A stretch of 64,000 bases of DNA from Yoonia sp. (GTDB lineage Bacteria; Pseudomonadota; Alphaproteobacteria; Rhodobacterales; Rhodobacteraceae), in assembly GCA_965656885.1 (NCBI GenBank), contig CBFHME010000009.1:52931-116930 (forward strand). Reading direction: 5' to 3'. This document shows positions 58,203 through 64,000 of this stretch, piece by piece (within the stretch, counting starts at the first letter, position 1; the number at the start of each line of letters is the position of its first letter). Both the position numbers and the translations under genes were made by a program. The notes under the pieces are model-generated. The model searched no databases. It was not told the origin of the DNA and worked only from the letters and a program-made list of their open reading frames with translations.

Positions 58203-61200
58203 GACTTCGCCTTTTCCTCTTTCAATTTCATCGCCAGATCGCGGGCAATGCTGAACGCGCCTTGGATCTTGTCGCGTTCCTTGGCCCAATCGCGCATCAC
58301 AACGATCTTGTTGTCCTTGACCTTGGCCTTGCCGTTCTGGTCGTTGATGAAATCGACCAAGCCCTTGGGCGACGCGAATTTGTCGTTGTGGAACTGGATC
58401 GTGGCCCCTTTTGGCCCTGCATCCAACTTGGCGATCCCTGCCCGTTTGCACATTGCCTTGATCCGCACGACCAGCATCAGTGTGTTCACCTCGCGCGGCA
58501 ACTTGCCAAAGCGGTCAATAAGTTCAGCGGCAAATCCTTCCAGCTCCACCTTGGTCGTCAGCTCTGACAGGCGGCGATACAGACCCAAACGCACGTCCAG
58601 ATCGGGGATGTAGTCATCGGGTATCAACACAGGCACGCCCAGATTAATCTGCGGCGCCCATTGCCCGTCATCTGTCAGCCCCTCGGCCGCGCCCGACCGG
58701 ATCGCGGCAATCTGGTCTTCCAGCATCTGCTGATACAGCTCGTATCCGACTTCGCGCATTTGGCCCGACTGTTCTTCACCCAGCAAATTACCCGCACCGC
58801 GAATATCCAAGTCCTGCGACGCCAGCGTGAACCCAGCACCCAACGTATCGATTGATCCCAACACACGCAGACGTTTCTGCGCCGTATCCGTCAGCTTTTG
58901 GCGCGGTTTTGTTGTCAAATACGCATAAGCACGGGTTTTCGACCGCCCCACACGTCCGCGAATTTGATAAAGCTGCGACAGACCAAACATATCAGACCGC
59001 CACACGATCATCGTGTTGGCCGTCGGAATATCAAGACCGGATTCCACAATCGTCGTGGCCAGCAGCACATCAAATTTGCCGTCATAAAACGCGTTCATGC
59101 GGTCATCCAACTCGCCCGCGGCCATCTGGCCCGTGGCCGTGACATAGGTGACTTCTGGCACTTCGCGTTTCAGGAAGTCTTCCATCTCGGCCATGTCGGA
59201 AATGCGCGGCACAACCATGAACGACTGCCCACCGCGATAGTGTTCGCGCAGCAACGCCTCGCGCACCATGATCGTGTCGAATTCCGACACATATGTGCGG
59301 ATCGCAAGCCGGTCGATGGGCGGCGTGCCGATGATCGACAAATCACGCACACCCGACAAACTAAGCTGTAATGTCCGTGGGATAGGCGTCGCAGTTAATG
59401 TCAAAACATGCACGTCAGTGCGCAGTTGTTTCAGACGTTCCTTGTGCTGCACACCGAATTTCTGTTCCTCGTCGATCACCAGCAAACCAAGGTTCTTGAA
59501 CTTGACACCTTTCGCCAGCAACGCATGTGTGCCCACCACAATATCAGCCGTGCCATCGGCAATCCCATCACGGGTCAGCGCCGCGTCACGCGTGCCAACA
59601 AAGCGTGATAAGGGCCTGACATTTATGGGAAAACCACGGAACCGTTCAGCAAAATTCTGGTAATGCTGCCGCGCCAGCAACGTGGTTGGCGCAATAATCG
59701 CCACCTGCACACCGCACATCGCGGCCACAAACGCCGCACGGATCGCAACTTCGGTTTTGCCAAACCCAACATCGCCGCAAATCAAACGATCCATCGGTTT
59801 ACCTGACCCCAGATCGGTCAAAACATCCTCGATCGCGGCCAGTTGGTCATCTGTCTCGACATAAGGGAACCGCGCTAGGAACTGATCCCAAAGCCCCTCT
59901 GGCGGGTCAAGCGCAGGTGCGGTGCGCAACGCGCGCTCTGCGGCAACACGGATCAAACGCTCTGCGATCTGGCGGATGCGTTCCTTCAGCTTGGCTTTTT
60001 TCGCCTGCCACGCACCACCGCCCAGCTTGTCCAGCAACCCCGTCTCGTGGCCGTATTTCGACAAGAGTTCGATGTTTTCAACTGGCAGGTACAGTTTTGA
60101 ATTTTCTGCATATTCCAACAGCAAACATTCATGCGCCGCACCCAATGCGGTAACAACCTCCAGCCCCATGAACCGACCCACACCGTGGTCGACATGCACC
60201 ACAAGATCACCGGGGTTCAGGCTGTTGGCCTCGGATAGGAAGTTTTCGGCACGGCGTTTGCGCTTGGTCTGGCGGATCAGACGGTCACCCAGCACGTCTT
60301 GCTCGGATATCACCGTCAGGCCATCCGTCTCAAACCCCGCATCAAGCGCCCAAACCGCAAGATGCAGCCCACGTTTGCCCACACGGGCAAAATCGGTCAC
60401 AGGGATGGTTTCCGCCAACCCCTCATCTTCGATCAGGCCCATCAGACGTTCGCGCGCGCCCTCGGAATACGACGCGACAACCACAGAGCCATCCGCCATT
60501 TTCGCACGAATATGATCCGCTAACGCCCCGAAAAGGCTCAGTTGTTCTTGCTGACGCTCTGGCGCAAAATTGCGCCCGACACGACCACCGGCATCAATCA
60601 CGCCCATGCCCACGGCTTGTTTATTGGGGGCAAATTGCAGCACGCGTTTCTCGGCTACGGCCGCATCCCATGCGGCATCATCCAAATACAGCAACGCAGG
60701 TTCGGCAGGTTTATAAACCGTGTCCATGCGCCCTTTTTGATCAAGCGCGTGCATCCGTGTGCCGTATTGGTCCTCAATACTGTCCCAACGGGCCAGCCGC
60801 GATGCGCCAACCTGATCATCCAGCGTGACTGTGACGTTCGGCAGGTAATCAAACAGGGTTTCCAGATCATCTTGGAAAAAACCCAGCCAATGTTCGATCC
60901 CCGCATGTTTGCGCCCCGCACTGACCGCTTCATACAGCGGATCATCCGTGCCAGCGGCCCCAAACGCGATGCGGTAATTCTGCCGGAACCGCGTGATCGC
61001 CTGTTCGTCCAATATCACCTCTGACACAGGGGCAAGCTCAACAATCGACAGGGTTTCCGTTGTGCGCTGTGTTGCGGGATCAAAACGGCGCGCGCCGTCC
61101 AACACATCACCAAATAGATCAAGCCGCACCGGGCCCGATTGACCGGGTGGATAAATATCAATGATGCCACCACGCACGGCATAATCACCCGGTTCCATCA

Positions 61201-61642
61201 CTGTGGGGCTTTGGGTGAAACCCATCCGCACCAGAAAATTGCGCAAACCTTTTTCGTCAATGCGGTCGCCCACGCGGGCCTTGAACGCGGCATCGCGCAG
61301 GATCGTGCGGGCTGGCACGCGCTGTGTCGCGGCGGCCATCGACGTCAACAACACAAATTTGTCGGGCATCCCATGCACCAACCCCGCAAGCGTGGCCATA
61401 CGCATCGCGGACACATCCGAATTGGGAGACACCCGATCATATGGCAGACAATCCCATGCGGGAAACACGATAACGGGCATGTCTGGTGCGAAAAACGCCA
61501 ATGCCGATTGCATCGCCGCCAGCCGCTTATCATCGCGGGCCACATGCACCACGGGGCCGGATTTCGCGACCTCGTCAAGGATCAGTTTGGCGTCAAACCC
61601 TTCGGGGGCGCCAGCGATGGTGATATGGTTTGGGGATGTCAT
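58199..61642 (-). CDS. mfd: transcription-repair coupling factor
   Basis: 1147 aa. Walker A GDVGFGKTEVA, DEEQKFG box, a UvrB-homology N-terminus and a TRG-motif region. Confidence 0.97.
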   Translation of the reverse strand: MTSPNHITIAGAPEGFDAKLILDEVAKSGPVVHVARDDKRLAAMQSALAFFAPDMPVIVFPAWDCLPYDRVSPNSDVSAMRMATLAGLVHGMPDKFVLLTSMAAATQRVPARTILRDAAFKARVGDRIDEKGLRNFLVRMGFTQSPTVMEPGDYAVRGGIIDIYPPGQSGPVRLDLFGDVLDGARRFDPATQRTTETLSIVELAPVSEVILDEQAITRFRQNYRIAFGAAGTDDPLYEAVSAGRKHAGIEHWLGFFQDDLETLFDYLPNVTVTLDDQVGASRLARWDSIEDQYGTRMHALDQKGRMDTVYKPAEPALLYLDDAAWDAAVAEKRVLQFAPNKQAVGMGVIDAGGRVGRNFAPERQQEQLSLFGALADHIRAKMADGSVVVASYSEGARERLMGLIEDEGLAETIPVTDFARVGKRGLHLAVWALDAGFETDGLTVISEQDVLGDRLIRQTKRKRRAENFLSEANSLNPGDLVVHVDHGVGRFMGLEVVTALGAAHECLLLEYAENSKLYLPVENIELLSKYGHETGLLDKLGGGAWQAKKAKLKERIRQIAERLIRVAAERALRTAPALDPPEGLWDQFLARFPYVETDDQLAAIEDVLTDLGSGKPMDRLICGDVGFGKTEVAIRAAFVAAMCGVQVAIIAPTTLLARQHYQNFAERFRGFPINVRPLSRFVGTRDAALTRDGIADGTADIVVGTHALLAKGVKFKNLGLLVIDEEQKFGVQHKERLKQLRTDVHVLTLTATPIPRTLQLSLSGVRDLSIIGTPPIDRLAIRTYVSEFDTIMVREALLREHYRGGQSFMVVPRISDMAEMEDFLKREVPEVTYVTATGQMAAGELDDRMNAFYDGKFDVLLATTIVESGLDIPTANTMIVWRSDMFGLSQLYQIRGRVGRSKTRAYAYLTTKPRQKLTDTAQKRLRVLGSIDTLGAGFTLASQDLDIRGAGNLLGEEQSGQMREVGYELYQQMLEDQIAAIRSGAAEGLTDDGQWAPQINLGVPVLIPDDYIPDLDVRLGLYRRLSELTTKVELEGFAAELIDRFGKLPREVNTLMLVVRIKAMCKRAGIAKLDAGPKGATIQFHNDKFASPKGLVDFINDQNGKAKVKDNKIVVMRDWAKERDKIQGAFSIARDLAMKLKEEKAKS

Positions 61643-61681
61643 ATCTTGTGACCTACCCCGTAGGGCCTTCGTGTCAATGGG

Positions 61682-62248
61682 TCAAAGCCAGCGGACAATC
61701 GCAAGGTTCTGAAACATCCCGTAAAGCGCGGTCACAAAGATCGAGATCATACCAATAATCTGCGTCCAAAGCCGTTGGCGAAACAAGATACGATACAGAT
61801 CTTCGCCCTGCGGGTTGGTCGCCTCAATCAACCGGCCTGTCGACAGTGTCAGCGCGCCAATTATGCTGATCGGGAACATCAAAAGGAAAACGGCCTGCGC
61901 CAATTCAACCCCGTATAAAAACCCCAACGCGGCCAATGCCGTCAGGATAAAACAGGTAATCCCCATCAGCCAAAGCCCGGCGACAGCTGCAGTATTCAAC
62001 TGACGATTGACGTTGATACGCACCAGATCGGTCAAATCAATATCCGCCTGACCACCTTTGCGACGGGCACGGTGGATCATATCGGACGGTACACCCATCA
62101 CCCAATTCGTCACCGTCGACCATGTGATCGCGACCAGAACCCAATACCAAAGGCTCGAGAATGACCGCAGATCGATCACTTGTAATATTGCTTTGCTCCA
62201 GTCCAAAAGGGGCAGCCTTGTCGTTGTTGAACCGATTTTTTCGGACAC
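61682..62248 (-). CDS. conserved membrane protein of unknown function
   Basis: Four hydrophobic segments. The track ORF (to 62431) would overlap hemB, so I use the in-frame GTG at 62248 (VSEKIGSTTT...). The start is uncertain. Confidence 0.45.
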   Translation of the reverse strand: MSEKIGSTTTRLPLLDWSKAILQVIDLRSFSSLWYWVLVAITWSTVTNWVMGVPSDMIHRARRKGGQADIDLTDLVRINVNRQLNTAAVAGLWLMGITCFILTALAALGFLYGVELAQAVFLLMFPISIIGALTLSTGRLIEATNPQGEDLYRILFRQRLWTQIIGMISIFVTALYGMFQNLAIVRWL

Positions 62249-62334
62249 TAGCGGCGGTTTGGTGCAATGCCCAGACTTGTGAAGTGTGAAAAACCATGCA
62301 ACCACAAGGGTGTGACAAGAAAGGCCCGAATTGC

Positions 62335-63333
62335 ATGAAACCGACCGTTGCTTCCTTCCCCGCGGCGCGCCTGCGCCGGATGCGTCAAACCCCTGCTCTG
62401 CGTGCACTTGCGCGGCAAAACGTGTTGTCACCGTCTGATTTTATCTGGCCGATATTTGTGATGGAAGGCCGCGACGCGGAAGAAGCGATCCCCTCCATGC
62501 CCGGTGTCACACGCAAAACCGTTGATCGCGCCGTGATCGCTGCGCGTGACGCACACGCCTTGGGCATCCCCGCGATCTGCGTCTTTCCCTACACAAGCAT
62601 GGACGCACGGACAGAGGATTGCGCGCTTGCATGGTCGCCCGACAACATTAGCAACCAAGCCATTCGCGCCATCAAAGACGCCGTGCCAGACATCGCCGTG
62701 ATGACCGATATCGCGCTTGATCCCTATAATATCAACGGCCACGACGGTTTTGTTGAAAACGGTCAGATCGTGAACGACCGCACCGTTGATGCGCTGGTCA
62801 AAATGGCCTTGGCCCAAGCGGACGCAGGCGCTGATATCCTAGGCCCGTCTGATATGATGGACGGGCGCATCGGTGCCATTCGGTCCGCGCTTGAAACAAG
62901 CGGGCATCAAGGCGTCACCATCCTGTCCTACACCGCCAAATACGCCAGCAGTTTTTACGGCCCCTTCCGCGATGCGGTTGGCGCGTCAGCCGCACTGACG
63001 GGTGACAAAAACACCTATCAGATGGATCCCGCCAACAGCGACGAAGCCTTGCGTCTGGTCGAACGTGACCTGAACGAAGGTGCCGATATGATCATGGTCA
63101 AACCCGGGATGCCCTATCTTGATATTTGCCGCCGCGTGAAGGACACGTTTGGCGTGCCGACCTACGCCTATCAAGTGTCGGGCGAATACGCGATGCTGCA
63201 AGCCGCCGCGCAAAACGGCTGGCTTGATGGGCAACAGGTGATGATGGAAAGCCTGATGTGTTTCAAACGCGCTGGCTGTGACGGTATCCTGACCTATTTC
63301 GCGCCTGATGCTGCGCGCGTTCTGAACGGCTGA
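62335..63333 (+). CDS. hemB: porphobilinogen synthase (delta-aminolevulinate dehydratase)
   Basis: The start is taken at ATG 62335 (MKPTVASFPAARLRRMRQTPALR). It has the active-site Lys segments (ADMIMVKPGMPYLD) and DIALDPYNINGHDG. Confidence 0.95.
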   Translation: MKPTVASFPAARLRRMRQTPALRALARQNVLSPSDFIWPIFVMEGRDAEEAIPSMPGVTRKTVDRAVIAARDAHALGIPAICVFPYTSMDARTEDCALAWSPDNISNQAIRAIKDAVPDIAVMTDIALDPYNINGHDGFVENGQIVNDRTVDALVKMALAQADAGADILGPSDMMDGRIGAIRSALETSGHQGVTILSYTAKYASSFYGPFRDAVGASAALTGDKNTYQMDPANSDEALRLVERDLNEGADMIMVKPGMPYLDICRRVKDTFGVPTYAYQVSGEYAMLQAAAQNGWLDGQQVMMESLMCFKRAGCDGILTYFAPDAARVLNG

Positions 63334-63714
63334 TCACTGCCCGTTTTGCGGCAATCCATCGGCAATATCGTAATAATCGCCCTTGTCGTCGGTATAAATG
63401 TGATGGGTCAAGTGCACCCCCGTCGGGTTCGGGAATGCGCCCATCGAAATCGCGGTCCAGTCTTGGAATAGCGCATCAAAGAACAGAAAACTGCCACAAG
63501 TTTTGCAAAACCCGCGGCGCACACGTTCCGACGCCTGATACCAGTTGACGTTCTCGGCGCCCTGCACGGTCATGTCTTTGGTCTTCACTTCTGTCGATGC
63601 CCAGTGGTGGCCCGATTGCTGTCGGCACATCGTGCAATGACAGGCATTTGGCGCGGGCAAGTCGCCTTTGACCGTGATGGTGACAGCTTTGCACAGACAA
63701 GAGGCAACAGGCAT
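63334..63714 (-). CDS. GFA-family (glutathione-dependent formaldehyde-activating / CENP-V-like) zinc protein
   Basis: 126 aa with Cys clusters CLC...CHCTMC...CKTCGS, typical of the GFA fold. Confidence 0.85.
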   Translation of the reverse strand: MPVASCLCKAVTITVKGDLPAPNACHCTMCRQQSGHHWASTEVKTKDMTVQGAENVNWYQASERVRRGFCKTCGSFLFFDALFQDWTAISMGAFPNPTGVHLTHHIYTDDKGDYYDIADGLPQNGQ

Positions 63715-63841
63715 AACGCTTCCTTTGGGTAACTATTCGCTTATGCGATCATCTAATAGGTGACAGATTCGCGCAAATTGCTTATTCTGCGTGGTAATGG
63801 GGCGGCAACAGCCTCAACCAAATTGGCACAGAGGCAGTATA

Positions 63842-64000
63842 ATGACCCAATTTACACGACGAACAGCCGTGCTTGGCGCGCTGGCGGGTATGACGCTCGC
63901 GGCTTGCGGCAACGGTATTGGCAGCAACGGCGCAAGCACGATCGACGCGCGCACCGACAGCACCCTGCAATTTATGTATGACACCTACCCTGGCACGCGC
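63842..64000 (+). CDS. lipoprotein, N-terminal fragment (runs off the right edge)
   Basis: ATG 63842 is preceded by a GAGG SD. The translation is MTQFTRRTAVLGALAGMTLAACGNG..., with a Tat-like RR n-region and the lipobox L-A-A-C. It is open to the end of the window. Confidence 0.5.
   Translation, partial: MTQFTRRTAVLGALAGMTLAACGNGIGSNGASTIDARTDSTLQFMYDTYPGTR

Noticed and set aside
57687-58567. 254-aa minus-strand and 269-aa plus-strand ORFs spanning the MFS/mfd junction
   Set aside because: They are shadow ORFs overlapping the MFS transporter and mfd. Their composition is Arg/Gly/His-rich and low-complexity, and they have no independent signals.
1-64000. Scan for tRNA/rRNA genes, CRISPR repeats, transposases, integrases, phage genes, toxin-antitoxin pairs and known defence-system genes
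   Set aside because: No spacer is long enough, or has T-loop-like GGTTCGAATCC-type sequence, for a tRNA. No tandem direct repeats were seen. Every ORF over 100 aa that I accept has a housekeeping, transport or regulatory assignment, or is a small hypothetical. I therefore do not claim a mobile element or a defence island in this window.

Overview
This is a gene-dense chromosomal core segment with about 62 protein-coding genes. By my gene calls about 3.1 kb of the 64 kb is non-coding. It comes from an alphaproteobacterium and looks most like a marine Rhodobacteraceae (inference). The basis is the fused ispDF, the conserved dusB-ntrBC-ntrYX-trkAH-hfq-hflX block, an NtrC that lacks the GAFTGA loop as in Rhodobacter, mid-50s %GC by eye, and very short spacers.

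Left to right the window contains:
- pgpA (partial) and ispDF
- dusB, ntrB, ntrC, ntrY, ntrX, trkA, trkH, hfq, hflX
- a 10-kb minus-strand block: GlxA-type regulator, LIV-type ABC importer with an embedded small secreted protein, a racemase-superfamily protein, and a membrane-anchored Ntn/penicillin-acylase-family protein
- class II DAHP synthase, a PAS protein, yicC, gmk, a gamma-carbonic-anhydrase-like protein
- a degenerate receiver-like ORF divergent from the complete Pho locus (phoR, a three-repeat Pho box, pstSCAB, phoU, phoB)
- gnd, an FAH-family protein, an SDR
- tupABC-like tungstate/molybdate ABC transporter
- a LuxR solo followed by an AT-rich spacer and a small lipoprotein-like ORF
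- tsf, rpsB
- a HupE/UreJ and DUF4198 metal-uptake pair
- psuK, psuG, a DUF502 protein, a LysE exporter
- bdhA coupled to a patatin-like gene
- an orphan YejA-like binding protein, an unannotated 42-aa lipoprotein, arsC plus a MIP channel
- an XRE-cupin regulator divergent from an adenylating enzyme, DsbA-like protein and MFS operon
- mfd, hemB, a GFA-family protein

I found no rRNA, tRNA, CRISPR array, transposase, integrase or prophage genes. I also found no obvious multi-gene defence island.

The items most worth a second look are:
1. the regulator / ABC importer / mini-protein / racemase-like / acylase block
2. an orphan minus-strand intrinsic terminator with upstream hairpin in the bdhA / binding-protein spacer, a candidate sRNA
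3. an 8-bp hairpin that buries the Shine-Dalgarno sequence of the ABC binding-protein gene
4. the degenerate receiver-like protein next to phoR
5. divergent HupE/DUF4198 genes whose 5' ends overlap
6. a LuxR solo whose AHL-contact residues look substituted
7. the fact that 7 of 10 convergent gene junctions have zero or negative spacing

All product calls rest on motifs I could read in the supplied translations. No database search or folding computation was possible.
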